A DNA stretch of 64,000 nucleotides, from IMG/VR virus record IMGVR_UViG_3300049491_000418, positions 32,001 through 96,000 of that record; one strand, 5' to 3'. The stretch is from a virus. Every line of letters starts with the position of its first letter. Within the stretch, counting starts at the first letter, position 1. Position numbers and translations under genes: made by a program. The notes beneath the pieces were generated by a model that worked only from the letters and a program-made list of their open reading frames with translations, was not told where the DNA came from and searched no databases. Positions 48,559 through 58,718 of the stretch are shown one piece after another.

Positions 48559-49556
48559 AATAATCCTTTTTCTTTAAAAATTGTTTCTACAGTATTCATA
48601 CCCTTAGCTTTAGCTAAATCTGCCCAATCTTTGATTCCTTCACTTAAGTACTTTCTTGGTACATTCATATAATCAAAATCAAAAATCTTAGTAATTTGTT
48701 GAGAGTTTGTTACACCTGCAACATCACTATCAAATGATAGTATTTGTCTTTTTGAATTATCCTTTAGATACTTTACATTTTCCTCAGTAAAGCAGGCTAT
48801 ACCTTCATTCTGAGTTGCACAGGAGCTTTCTAAGAGCTTTTTAACTACCATATAATCTTTCTTACTCTTGTTGATAAAAGCATAGCTAGAATCCTTTATA
48901 TTCTCTAATCCTTCCATTGTAGAAATAGGAACATTATTGGGAACCCACTTAGATCTTTTTTCAGCATGTGGTCTGTAGATTTTCCAATAACCATTATAAT
49001 AGTAACCAAATTTAAGTTCCAATGGCTTGAATGTAAATAGCTGTTTGTTAAGAAACACCTTGTTTAGGGAGAATATATTATTATCCCTTAGGTCTTGAAG
49101 ATCCTGATGATACTCATTCCAATAAGCTAATTCTTCTTTGGTAAACTTCTTTGGTACTACCTGGATATTGGTATATCTTTTTCCAAGGTCTTCTGGCTGT
49201 TTATAATCTGCTTTAATAATTTTATATACAGCTGTATTTGTAGATTGTCCTGTTAATCCTAATCCAAAATCTTTATCAATCAGCATTAAAGCATCATTCA
49301 TTGTTATACCATATAGAGTCTTTACAAAAGAGAAACAATCTCCTTTTACACTAGTATCTGCAAAGTCTATAAAAAACAAAGTACCACCCTTATTTCCTAT
49401 CATAAAGGAAGGGTGATCATCTTTTCTAAATGGTGAATTTGTTACATGATTAATACTCCATGAGTGTGGCATATAAAACTTAAATATGTCATAAGGAGTA
49501 AGTCTTTGGAAAATGGTTTCAGGGGTAAGTGCTACTTTCTTAACTCCTCCAATCAT
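48555..49556 (-). CDS. DNA primase (DnaG-like, crAss type)
   Basis: SPFRKDDHPSF...DF...GDCF.FV N-terminus; TOPRIM KSKKD, FDSDVAG and KDWAD. Confidence 0.85.
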   Translation of the reverse strand: MIGGVKKVALTPETIFQRLTPYDIFKFYMPHSWSINHVTNSPFRKDDHPSFMIGNKGGTLFFIDFADTSVKGDCFSFVKTLYGITMNDALMLIDKDFGLGLTGQSTNTAVYKIIKADYKQPEDLGKRYTNIQVVPKKFTKEELAYWNEYHQDLQDLRDNNIFSLNKVFLNKQLFTFKPLELKFGYYYNGYWKIYRPHAEKRSKWVPNNVPISTMEGLENIKDSSYAFINKSKKDYMVVKKLLESSCATQNEGIACFTEENVKYLKDNSKRQILSFDSDVAGVTNSQQITKIFDFDYMNVPRKYLSEGIKDWADLAKAKGMNTVETIFKEKGLL

Positions 49557-49563
49557 TTTTAGT

Positions 49564-49598
49564 GAAATAAAAGCCCCTAACTTTTACATTAGGGGCTT
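49564..49598 (-). terminator. Intrinsic terminator after SSB
   Basis: AAGCCCCTAA-N8-TTAGGGGCTT followed by TTATTT. Confidence 0.8.
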
Positions 49599-49605
49599 GT
49601 TACTA

Positions 49606-50487
49606 TTAGTAATCAGCTCCCCCTTCTGTTAATGGGGCATTAGTTGCTACAGGATTATCATTTGGATCATAATCCTTGATGTCTTTTAAACAAAAGAAAT
49701 CTTTACATCCATATTCTCCTGTAACTCTAATAACAAATCTTTCATAGACTTTTAAGTCTTTAGTAGCTTTTGTTAGTAAAGCAGCTTGAACATTATCATC
49801 ATCATAATCAATAAGTCTGAAATGTTTCATTGCATAAGCAGGTACAAAGGCTCTGTTATAGATTCCTTGATACTCTTTGGTTTCTCCTTCCACTTCTTTA
49901 ACAATAACAGTGGCTAAGCAACCAACTTCTCCTGCCCATTCTCCTTCAATTTGTTCTTTGATGTCTCTCACATCACCTTTCATAAGTTTTTTCCAATCCA
50001 ATGAAAGAGCAGTTTCTCCATCTCTATAATCAAGCTTATTTAACCAAGCTCTCATAAACTCATAAAGATCTTCTTCTCCATGATATGCAGGTCTATATTC
50101 ACGTTTGGTAAACCAAGCAGGAAGATTTTCTTCTTCATCTGTCCAAGCACAAGTACCAATATTGTTGATAAATTGTGTTTTAGTATCATCTTTATTTGTT
50201 CTAATCTTATCTTCAAGGAAGAAAGACATTTTATAGGGTCTATCTTTATTACCCTCTGCATTAGGTTTTACATTTTCAAGCCAGAAATCAATTCTGACAA
50301 GAGAGTTACCATCTCTTTCTCCAGTATATTCCGCAGCTTTGCTATCCTCTTTTAATTCCATACCAAGAATTTCTTTAAACTCTTTTTCATTAGGATTAAC
50401 AGCTAATACTGTTGCTGTAAACAGCCCTACTTTTTTTGAAAAGTTACCATCTTGGTTCTCTCTTTTTTTACCTCCAATTGCTCCCAT
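49606..50487 (-). CDS. Putative single-stranded DNA-binding protein
   Basis: VLAVNP..E, RIDFWL and QFIN..G...W; acidic C-terminus ending in an aromatic residue; lies between the ATPase and primase. Confidence 0.55.
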   Translation of the reverse strand: MGAIGGKKRENQDGNFSKKVGLFTATVLAVNPNEKEFKEILGMELKEDSKAAEYTGERDGNSLVRIDFWLENVKPNAEGNKDRPYKMSFFLEDKIRTNKDDTKTQFINNIGTCAWTDEEENLPAWFTKREYRPAYHGEEDLYEFMRAWLNKLDYRDGETALSLDWKKLMKGDVRDIKEQIEGEWAGEVGCLATVIVKEVEGETKEYQGIYNRAFVPAYAMKHFRLIDYDDDNVQAALLTKATKDLKVYERFVIRVTGEYGCKDFFCLKDIKDYDPNDNPVATNAPLTEGGADY

Positions 50488-50491
50488 GTTT

Positions 50492-50749
50492 CTAATTTTT
50501 AATTGTTACATTATTTTTACTAATTATTACTCTTTTTGAAACTATCTCTACAAGATCTACAGAGTCTTCTTCTACAATAAATACAACTCCATATTGTGTT
50601 GAAATACAATGTCTTCTTTCTCCTGAAAGAAAAAACCATCCTGCTTCTGGAGGTGTTCCTGAATTTTCATCAGTTAAAGGACTAACAAAATAGTATCCTT
50701 CAACCCACTCTCCATTATCAATTCTCTTACCTTTGAATACTACTTTCAT
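50492..50749 (-). CDS. YopX-like protein
   Basis: FKGKRIDNGEWVEGYY N-terminus. Confidence 0.6.
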   Translation of the reverse strand: MKVVFKGKRIDNGEWVEGYYFVSPLTDENSGTPPEAGWFFLSGERRHCISTQYGVVFIVEEDSVDLVEIVSKRVIISKNNVTIKN

Positions 50750-50750
50750 A

Positions 50751-51593
50751 TTACTTGTAGATGTTTTCCCAGTAGGTTTCAGTATTACCTTCTGAGTCTT
50801 GTTTAGAAATTTTAATTTTACCTTTTAATTGTGGTGCTCTACTGCCTGCTACAATTGAATCATTCAACACTTCAAAATTTAAGTATCTCTCATTACCATC
50901 AGCAACTAATTTAGCCAATGCTGTAACTTTAGATGCAAAAATTCTTTTCAATTGTCCTGTTAGAGCAATTTCACTTCCCATAATTTCCTCTTTTCCATTG
51001 TCTTTAATGTACTTATCAGTAATATGGGCAGCATAGATTCTATAAGGAGCAATCTGTCTGAAAAAATCAATTTGTTGCATAAACCAATTTCTTGTATGTA
51101 GATAACCTGCTCCTTCTGGGAGAGTTAGTACAGATTTAAATTCTGGTTCATACGGTTCATATTTTCTTCCAGTTTCCATTCCTTTCTCTCTATTGAATTT
51201 TTTACCTATAATAGTATTCATATAGGCTAGAGTTCCTCCAAGTTCAGCCAAATCATCAAGATCTGATAATCCATCTACAATAAGATAGTCATACTTGCCT
51301 TTTTGTTCCAGCAATGCATTTCTAAACTTGATGTAATTTTGGAAACTTTCCCATCTTGTAGTTTGATCACTTGTATAAGTAGATAGTTTTCTAGCAGGGA
51401 TGTATTCATATCCTCCTTTTTCTAAATCCAGTACAATAGCATTTTCCTTAGTAGTAAGTGATCCTAGAATTGTTCCTTTACCCATCTTTGGAATTGATAG
51501 AATTACAAGATCTTTTGGTGCTGTTCCAACTTTGTAGTCAATATCATCTGGTAAAATTACTTTTTCCATTTTCTCCGCTGTTTCTGTTTTCAT
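50751..51593 (-). CDS. AAA-family ATPase (Sak4/AAA_24-like)
   Basis: PKMGKGT Walker A, LDLEKG, LIVDG and GAGY. Confidence 0.75.
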   Translation of the reverse strand: MKTETAEKMEKVILPDDIDYKVGTAPKDLVILSIPKMGKGTILGSLTTKENAIVLDLEKGGYEYIPARKLSTYTSDQTTRWESFQNYIKFRNALLEQKGKYDYLIVDGLSDLDDLAELGGTLAYMNTIIGKKFNREKGMETGRKYEPYEPEFKSVLTLPEGAGYLHTRNWFMQQIDFFRQIAPYRIYAAHITDKYIKDNGKEEIMGSEIALTGQLKRIFASKVTALAKLVADGNERYLNFEVLNDSIVAGSRAPQLKGKIKISKQDSEGNTETYWENIYK

Positions 51594-51595
51594 AA

Positions 51596-52144
51596 TTAAT
51601 TATTGTTGTTAGATACTAATTTACACATATCAATAAAATATTGATTATCATAGTTCATTTTCATCTTATTAAGATCTTTATGAACCCATTGTATATTATC
51701 TATAGTATAACCTTTTGTACTATCTATTCTGTCTAATGAAGCTGTCATAGTCTTCATTTTTTTATAATTTCTTTCTATAGTTAAGGGTATTCCAGATAAT
51801 GCACATTTTCCATCTTGATTTAACCATTGTTGCCACATATCTTCTTTTGTTATATCAAAACAAAAGTTTCTTACATTAGCTCCAGATTTGCATGATTTAA
51901 AATAAACTGCAGAAATAGATTTATACCCTTGATAGTTATAAGCACCATTTACTGTTTTATAACATTGACACCTATAAACACCAAAAGTCCATTTGGCTTT
52001 AAGCCATTCTTTTCCACAATTTCTACATTTTACTCTATAATGATACTCATTTCCAATTTTTTCAGGAATCAAAGAAAGAATATCTACATTAGAAAAGTCT
52101 ATTTTAGACTGATCTTTTAATGGATCAAAGCTTGATTTTCTCAT
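51596..52144 (-). mobile_element. HNH-type homing endonuclease
   Basis: CRNCG, GKCALSG and ASLDRIDSTKGYTIDNIQWVHKDLNKMK. Confidence 0.8.
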
Positions 52145-52189
52145 TTTAGTACTTATTAATTAAGTACAAAGATGGGAATAATTTTTGAA

Positions 52190-52501
52190 TTATAAATAAT
52201 TTTCCTTGAACTCTTTTAGTGTGGTTATTTCAATTTTCTCTCCTGCTTTTAATGCTTCCCAAGCTTCTTTAGTCATGATAATATCAGCTGTGTGATCTTT
52301 ACCAATACCAATCAACAGACTTACTGATTCAACAAAAAATTCTTGTTTATAACCAGGTTTGTTAATTGTAATATGAGACTTAGGACTAACTTTTAGCTCT
52401 TTACCTAAAGAACTAAAACCAACAATGGTTTGTTTATAGGTTCTTGTTACAGGACCAAAAGTATCAACCATCTCCACTTTGTATTCTATATCATTTTTCA
52501 T
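52190..52501 (-). CDS. Hypothetical protein
   Basis: 103-aa ORF. Confidence 0.65.
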   Translation of the reverse strand: MKNDIEYKVEMVDTFGPVTRTYKQTIVGFSSLGKELKVSPKSHITINKPGYKQEFFVESVSLLIGIGKDHTADIIMTKEAWEALKAGEKIEITTLKEFKENYL

Positions 52502-52531
52502 AATTTCTAATTGTTTTTATAATTATGAAGT

Positions 52532-52563
52532 CAAATATACAAAAATTAAGTTGTTTTTGCAAA
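52532..52563 (-). promoter_or_regulatory. Bacteroidota-type promoter TTTG-N20-TATATTTG
   Basis: Both the -33 and -7 consensus elements are present with a 20-nt spacer, upstream of 52501. Confidence 0.65.
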
Positions 52564-53661
52564 AATTTCAGAGGATTTTAACCAAACAATTTTCTCTTCA
52601 GGGATATTAGAAAGAGCAGAATTTAACCAATTCAATTGAAATGGTCTACTTGTGACAAAAATATGTATGTCCGAGTGTTCAGTGTCAGTGAGCAATGCTC
52701 TACCTAACATCTGTTCCAGGTTTTCTCCATTAGAGTTAATAGAAGTGATGAGAATGTTGTCAAGATTAGGATATGTTACTCCTGCAGAGCCTTTCTTAAT
52801 TAAGCAAAGCTGGTTTATGGTTCCATCTTGAAACTGTTTTAATATAGTGTCATCTACACTCTTGCTGTTAAACATAGGAATTTTGAATTGTTTACCAAAC
52901 TCTTGATTTTCTGTGAATATGATAAACCTTTTATCAGGGTTCATTCTTATCCATCTCATAACATTTAATGCTAAGGATTTATTGGTATTTATAAATCTCA
53001 TCCTAGATAATGCAGCAAGCATCTTCTTATCACCATAGGTGTTTTCAACTCTTTTGGTTAACCTGTCAAGTTCTCCAACATCAGTATTCCACCATTTTCT
53101 TTTACCAGAAATAAACTGTCTTTTGGTAACAGGGTCTAATTCATACTGATGAATGTAAATAGTATAATCACTGATAATACCATCTTCTATAGCCTGCTCT
53201 GTAGAATAATCCACTATTAGAGGTAAGCTTGTATTAATGGTAATATCTGCAAGAGTACTAGTAGTATAGGTACCAGATGCAAAAATCACATGCTTGTACT
53301 TTTTAGCCATTTCTCCAGCAATAGGCAGCTTGTGTTCCTCAGGAATAAGATGAGCTTCATCAAAGATGTAGTAATCTGCTTCTTGTTCCATATTTTTTTC
53401 TAAGGATACAAAAGTAGAATAGATCATTTTTGGATGATAATTAATCCTATTCATCTCATTTTCCCATGAGGTTTTAATGTCCACATTAGGGTAAGCTAAA
53501 AAGATTGTAACTTCTTTTCCTTTACTATGTTTTCTAATAGACTCAAGAAGCATTTTAGTCTTTCCACTTCTAACACTTGATAGTATTATACCTCTACAAT
53601 TATGTAAAACAATTGTTTTTTCTATTCTTTCCTGAATTAGGTCTTTTTTTGATTTATCCAT
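52546..53661 (-). CDS. SF2 (DEAH) helicase
   Basis: RSGKT, IFDEAH, ASGT and QMLGRAL. Start placed at MDKSKK. Confidence 0.85.
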   Translation of the reverse strand: MDKSKKDLIQERIEKTIVLHNCRGIILSSVRSGKTKMLLESIRKHSKGKEVTIFLAYPNVDIKTSWENEMNRINYHPKMIYSTFVSLEKNMEQEADYYIFDEAHLIPEEHKLPIAGEMAKKYKHVIFASGTYTTSTLADITINTSLPLIVDYSTEQAIEDGIISDYTIYIHQYELDPVTKRQFISGKRKWWNTDVGELDRLTKRVENTYGDKKMLAALSRMRFINTNKSLALNVMRWIRMNPDKRFIIFTENQEFGKQFKIPMFNSKSVDDTILKQFQDGTINQLCLIKKGSAGVTYPNLDNILITSINSNGENLEQMLGRALLTDTEHSDIHIFVTSRPFQLNWLNSALSNIPEEKIVWLKSSEIFAKTT

Positions 53662-54298
53662 GTTTATATCTCCATTTAAATCCACCTGCTGTATAGCTTG
53701 GACCTTTTCTTAAACAATTAAAAATACAATTTTTACTTAAACCATAGAATGTAGAAGCATCAACTACACCTTTCCATTCTTTAATGAAATTCATGTTTTT
53801 ATCATATTGAATGACTGGTACTTTTTTTCTAGCATTTATTTCTGCCATTAGTTTAACATCTCTTTTTTCACCTTTAGGATTAGGATTTTTTACTTCACCT
53901 TTTTTAAATAAAAGTTTTCTTGTAATAGAAGCCTTTTTTCTTGTTTCCTCAGAAACAATTCTTCCTTTAGAAGCATCCTCTGTACAATTATAACCATTTT
54001 TAAAACTGTCAAAATATTTTATCCAAAATGTTTCTCTTTCAGCTCTTAACTCAAAAGAATCAATATCATCTTCTAAGATTTGAAAAACAAAATTTTGTTC
54101 TCCATGTCTTCTCCAAGATGATTGTAACTTAAAGGAATGATGCTTACCTTTTTTAAGAGAAGAAATATGATTATGTTTTCTCAGATACCATCCTTGTTTA
54201 CTTGTTGATCCAATATAGTAACGTTTTGTTACTAAATTAAAAATACTATAAATAATGTGTGTCATCTCTTTTTTTTGATGAAGTACATCAAGAATCAT
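53654..54298 (-). mobile_element. GIY-YIG homing endonuclease
   Basis: IIYSIFN...YYIGST..R..H, GYN, SEETRKK and PVIQYD...GGFKWRY. Confidence 0.85.
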
Positions 54299-54304
54299 AC
54301 CAAA

Positions 54305-54607
54305 TTAACTACTGTCAGTACTTGATTTTTTGTTCTCATTTACTTGATCATAATAGTTAATAAAATCTTTTGCCTCATCACTCAAGCCTCTAATAACATC
54401 AGCTCTTAGAATAGGATGAAATTGTGCTAATGCAAACATGACATCTGCTCCTTCATTTTTAAGTCTTTTTATAAAAACAAGTTTTTCTAAAATATAGTCT
54501 TGATTTTCAGAATTAAACTGAGTTGTCCAATAATGTCTACATTTTGTAATAATCTCTTTGAATACTACATCCCTAGGAGGTAAGTATCCATCTTTTTCAA
54601 TTCCCAT
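54305..54607 (-). CDS. Hypothetical protein
   Basis: 100-aa ORF. Confidence 0.65.
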   Translation of the reverse strand: MGIEKDGYLPPRDVVFKEIITKCRHYWTTQFNSENQDYILEKLVFIKRLKNEGADVMFALAQFHPILRADVIRGLSDEAKDFINYYDQVNENKKSSTDSS

Positions 54608-55668
54608 TAGCTTATAAACCAGGATTTATTAAGGACATTGGCATAATCTTCATCTGTCATGTCTTTCTTTTTCTTCAACTCTTTAAACATACCTATTTCT
54701 CCATAGAAACCTAATCCAATCCTAATATCATCAGAACCATAACTATTCTTAATAACTCTTACAGATCTATAGAATTTAGCTCCTGTGCTATCAACAAGTT
54801 TGTTTGTGTCATAACCTGATGGATCAGGCACTTTGTATCTCACTGGATCAAATAAAGCAATAACAACATCAGCATCATTTTGAGTTGATGAACTATCTGC
54901 AAAATCTTCCAACTGTGGCTCTAAATCTCCATTTTTTATTCTGTTGATATTAGAGATATCTCTATTAAATTGACTCACAACTACTGGACTAAACCCAAAG
55001 AAATCCCTAGCATAACGTAACTCATCTGACATCTTGTCAATTAGGGATTTTTTTGTTGGATAGTCTTTAATTGCTTTCAACAAACCAATATGGTCAATAA
55101 CAACAAGTGTGATAACATTCTCATCATGAGGAACGTACTTTTTATTGTATTTATCAACTTGTATTATATCACCATGTTCAAGGGCATACTCTTTAAGTTC
55201 TTTAGCAATACCCACGGGATTTTCAGGCCCATCAATAATAGTAATAATTTCTTCTAGTTCCTTAATATAATTTGCATAGGACTCAAATAGTGCAAACTCT
55301 TCATCATTCATTCTATCATTCCAGCCAAGAAGTTTTGATACAGGTATACTTTTTCCATGGTCTATGAAAATCTTCCTAGAAACCCATTTAGCAATCTTGT
55401 ATGTTCTACTTCTCTCCATGGAGCGGTAAATGATTTTAAGCTTGATATTTGTCTTATCCTTATTTGCAATATACCAGTCTACAGGATTTAGAACAAAAGC
55501 ATCATCTATAAAAGAGGTTTTACCAGATCCTGTTAATCCTCCAATAAGATAATACATGCTCTTTCTTATTCCTATATAATGATTAAGCCTGTTGAAGCCC
55601 ATAGGTATTCCACCATTTCTTCCTTCACGTCCTTTAATAACCTCATCTCTTAAGTCACTGAATGCCAT
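54607..55668 (-). CDS. DnaB-like replicative helicase
   Basis: GIPMGF, GGLTGSGKT, SME, VIDHIGL, SQFNR, QNDADVV and KNSYG. Confidence 0.88.
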   Translation of the reverse strand: MAFSDLRDEVIKGREGRNGGIPMGFNRLNHYIGIRKSMYYLIGGLTGSGKTSFIDDAFVLNPVDWYIANKDKTNIKLKIIYRSMERSRTYKIAKWVSRKIFIDHGKSIPVSKLLGWNDRMNDEEFALFESYANYIKELEEIITIIDGPENPVGIAKELKEYALEHGDIIQVDKYNKKYVPHDENVITLVVIDHIGLLKAIKDYPTKKSLIDKMSDELRYARDFFGFSPVVVSQFNRDISNINRIKNGDLEPQLEDFADSSSTQNDADVVIALFDPVRYKVPDPSGYDTNKLVDSTGAKFYRSVRVIKNSYGSDDIRIGLGFYGEIGMFKELKKKKDMTDEDYANVLNKSWFIS

Positions 55669-55778
55669 AACCAATTTATTAAATAAATTAAACCAAATGC
55701 CACTACAGCACTGATAATAAAGATTATAGCACAGCCTTTCAAGAGACTTTTGGCTATATCATCCCCCATGTCACTCAT
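55650..55778 (-). CDS. 42-aa membrane peptide not in the track (MSDMGDDIAKSLLKGCAIIFIISAVVAFGLIYLINWLWHSVT)
   Basis: Translated by hand; fills the gap and has one hydrophobic helix. Confidence 0.5.
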   Translation of the reverse strand: MSDMGDDIAKSLLKGCAIIFIISAVVAFGLIYLINWLWHSVT

Positions 55779-55780
55779 GA

Positions 55781-55987
55781 CTATTTATCCATATAAATAA
55801 AGAAGCTGTCTTCTTCAATAAGTTCTGGATATGTATCAACTATCCATTCTCCTAAATCATCTTCTACTTCTTCATCAAGATGTATTTCTACATAAGATTC
55901 ATACAAATTTCTACCTAGCCAATGACCTACGGATAAGGTGTTTGGAATTTCACTGAAATTCAATACTTTTTTTGTTTCTAATGCCAT
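55781..55987 (-). CDS. Hypothetical acidic protein
   Basis: 68-aa ORF. Confidence 0.6.
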   Translation of the reverse strand: MALETKKVLNFSEIPNTLSVGHWLGRNLYESYVEIHLDEEVEDDLGEWIVDTYPELIEEDSFFIYMDK

Positions 55988-56005
55988 GATATAATTGTTT
56001 AAAGG

Positions 56006-56512
56006 TTACTTATCTAGAATGACCTTTGTAAAAGCAGTGTCTTTCTTCATTTCAATCATAAGCTCCTCAGCAGACATTTTCTTAGCTTTCTCAAGGAGCT
56101 TGTCTTTTTGGTCAGCAATGTTTAAGTCAACTGAAGCTTCTGCAGCTAAGTTCTTAATCTCTGTCAATACAAAGTTGCTTAACTCAGCAGGAATTTGTTT
56201 TGCTGATTTATCATTAGCAAGAAAGTTTAAAGTTTGACCACCTGCTACAATAAGCAATGCATCTTTCTTACTTGGAGTAAATACACATAACATAGTAAAG
56301 AATATCAAAATTGGATAACTCCACCACATCCATTTTCTAGACATTTTTTGTGCTTCCTCTTCATTTGCTTCATTATTAAAGAGGTAACAAATTGTAGATA
56401 TTATTGCTACTATTCCAAAAAATATTGAAACAGTTAAAAATAGTGTTTTGGCATTATCTGCTACAACAAGCCAGTAAAAGAGCGCTGAATAATCAATTGA
56501 TAAAAAGTTCAT
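56006..56512 (-). CDS. Membrane protein
   Basis: Two or three hydrophobic segments followed by a PSK motif. Confidence 0.7.
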   Translation of the reverse strand: MNFLSIDYSALFYWLVVADNAKTLFLTVSIFFGIVAIISTICYLFNNEANEEEAQKMSRKWMWWSYPILIFFTMLCVFTPSKKDALLIVAGGQTLNFLANDKSAKQIPAELSNFVLTEIKNLAAEASVDLNIADQKDKLLEKAKKMSAEELMIEMKKDTAFTKVILDK

Positions 56513-56523
56513 AATTTTTGTTT

Positions 56524-57042
56524 TTAGTTATCAAAATAAAATACAATTCTTACTTCTTCAAGATCTCCTAAAGTTTTTAGAGTTTCTAAATCTTTAAAGA
56601 ATCCTTCACCAAGATTTTCTCTATAAGAAATTATTTCTCCTTCCCCCTCTTCTGCTAATGCAGCTCCATCCCAAGAATTTGGACCAATTTGTTTTGTTAC
56701 CCTTCTGTTCCAAAAATCTTGATCATAATCAAAGTCTAAGAGTTCTTTTAAAGTTAAATAACTATGAGAATGATAATCATAATCTCCTTCAAGATATAAC
56801 CTATGAGTTATTGATATATCATAATCAGAGAGTTCATTTAAAAACTCACTATCATCAGGCAATCCTTTAGGTTTGCTTAAAGGAGTACAATAGTCATAAT
56901 TTCTAACATCTGCTAAAAAAGCAAACATTGAATAACTTCTCCAACCAAAAGGTTCTGTTCCTTCTAAGAAGATTTTTTCTTCTACCCTTTCCCACTTACC
57001 ATTTACTTTTTTCTCAGCAAATGAATGTATATCACATCCCAT
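56524..57042 (-). CDS. Conserved phage protein (MGCDIH...RSY.MF..LA.VRN...RIVFYFDN)
   Basis: Recognisable widespread phage hypothetical motif set. Confidence 0.75.
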   Translation of the reverse strand: MGCDIHSFAEKKVNGKWERVEEKIFLEGTEPFGWRSYSMFAFLADVRNYDYCTPLSKPKGLPDDSEFLNELSDYDISITHRLYLEGDYDYHSHSYLTLKELLDFDYDQDFWNRRVTKQIGPNSWDGAALAEEGEGEIISYRENLGEGFFKDLETLKTLGDLEEVRIVFYFDN

Positions 57043-57045
57043 AAT

Positions 57046-57762
57046 TTAAATTTCTAAAATGTTACCATTACTACTAAGTTTTCCAAATCTACCATCAGTC
57101 ACCACTGAACCATTACTAAAAATAGTTGGATATGCAGACAGTTTAAGTATTCCTGCATTAATTATATCCTCATTATTGTGTAAATGGCCAAATAAACAGT
57201 ATTTTGGTTTTATACGTTCTAAAATATGTCTCTTTAAAGCCTGACATCCTGAGTGTTCTAACACTCCAGTTACTTTATTATAAGCTTTATCAAGAATAGT
57301 CTTAGGTGGTCCATGAGACACAATAATATCAACATCATCATCTACTTCTTTCCACAAAGCATCCATATTACTTCTGTGCTTAGTAAAAGCCCAACCAGTA
57401 CTATATGTTGGAGTATATGGTGATCCAAAGATTTTTATGTCTTCAATATAAGCATAATCATTTTCCAAGTATGTGATTCCATTAGCTATGAAATCATTTC
57501 TTGTTACTAATCCTGCTGCTACACTAGTCTCATGATTACCAGGTACAAATATTTTATGTTCTATTGGTAAATTACCAAACCATTTAATAAAAGTTCTTAC
57601 TTCTATTTCATTAAGATATCTATCTTTAGGATTAGCACAATCTCCACTGAAAATAACAACATCAATATCTTCTGGAACTTCTAAAAGTTTATGGTAAGTA
57701 TGGGAATCTGAAAAATGCCAGATTTTAATCTTTTCTCTCACCTCTTGGTTCTCTCCAGGCAT
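57046..57762 (-). CDS. Calcineurin-like metallophosphoesterase
   Basis: SDSH, SGD, GNHE, SHGPP and FGHLH. Start placed at MPGEN. Confidence 0.85.
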   Translation of the reverse strand: MPGENQEVREKIKIWHFSDSHTYHKLLEVPEDIDVVIFSGDCANPKDRYLNEIEVRTFIKWFGNLPIEHKIFVPGNHETSVAAGLVTRNDFIANGITYLENDYAYIEDIKIFGSPYTPTYSTGWAFTKHRSNMDALWKEVDDDVDIIVSHGPPKTILDKAYNKVTGVLEHSGCQALKRHILERIKPKYCLFGHLHNNEDIINAGILKLSAYPTIFSNGSVVTDGRFGKLSSNGNILEI

Positions 57763-58129
57763 CTTTTCTAAATTTAGAGTTAATAAAAAATTCATAGAAG
57801 TTTGCACAAAATTCCTCAAACTCCTCAATTGTCATATCTCTATCTGTAATAGAAATATCCAGTCTATCAAAACCTATGTCAGTACCTAACATAAATTCCT
57901 TTCCTATACTACAGGTTTCTGGTTCAGTAAATTGTGGATATTTAGACCAATCATAAAAAGAGTATCCTACAGAATAACCACCATATTTTTCACCATCATC
58001 AGTATATATTCTATCAAAACTTTTCCAATACATATAGTCTTCATTCTTATAGTGTTGAATATACTTTGTATATCCTTTTTCTATAAGTTTATTTTCAAGC
58101 TCTTGGGCACCACTCTTGTTTAGATTCAT
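57725..58129 (-). CDS. Hypothetical protein
   Basis: 134-aa ORF. Confidence 0.65.
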   Translation of the reverse strand: MNLNKSGAQELENKLIEKGYTKYIQHYKNEDYMYWKSFDRIYTDDGEKYGGYSVGYSFYDWSKYPQFTEPETCSIGKEFMLGTDIGFDRLDISITDRDMTIEEFEEFCANFYEFFINSKFRKDAWREPRGERKD

Positions 58130-58718
58130 TTCCTAATGCTTGTTTAGTTATTTGCTCTTTAACTTCCTGATAAGACCAAGGAGTGTAATTATGACTATCC
58201 ACACCAACATCAAGAGATGTTACAGGATGTTTTATTACTCCTTTATTACTCAATCCTCCATGGACATGACCAAATAGTTGCCAAGAACCTCTATGGCTTC
58301 CATTCCAAACAATCATAGGATAATGACACATTACAATATGTTGTTTTCCATAGGTTATTTCTTCATCATCCACAAAAATTTCAGCAACATCATTTATTGA
58401 TGCCCATCTTTCTCTTATAAATGGTTTACCAAGGGCATCATGTTCATGATTACCTACAACCAGATGAATTTCTCCGTTTAATTGTTGTAATACATCATAT
58501 AGTTCCTTAGGATTAGCAGTTAGGCTAACATCTCCTAAATTAAAAACTTTACCATCTTTAGGAACAACTGAGTTCCAGTTTTTAATCAAATTACTATTCA
58601 TCTCATCCACATCTACAAAAGGTCTATCACAATAAGTGATAATATTTTTGTGAAATAAGTGATCATCTGATGTAAAGAACAGTTTCTCTTTTTCAAAAAT
58701 TACATTTTTTATTTTCAT
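58095..58718 (-). CDS. Calcineurin-like metallophosphoesterase
   Basis: TSDDHLFH, LGD, GNHE, CHYP, GHVH and DVGVD. Confidence 0.88.
   Translation of the reverse strand: MKIKNVIFEKEKLFFTSDDHLFHKNIITYCDRPFVDVDEMNSNLIKNWNSVVPKDGKVFNLGDVSLTANPKELYDVLQQLNGEIHLVVGNHEHDALGKPFIRERWASINDVAEIFVDDEEITYGKQHIVMCHYPMIVWNGSHRGSWQLFGHVHGGLSNKGVIKHPVTSLDVGVDSHNYTPWSYQEVKEQITKQALGNESKQEWCPRA

Noticed and set aside
31919-54298. Group I introns or inteins around the homing endonucleases
   Set aside because: Flanking genes look complete and the endonucleases abut them with almost no non-coding room. I saw no intein motifs in PolA, the helicases or RecA; a covariance or HMM search would be needed to exclude them fully.
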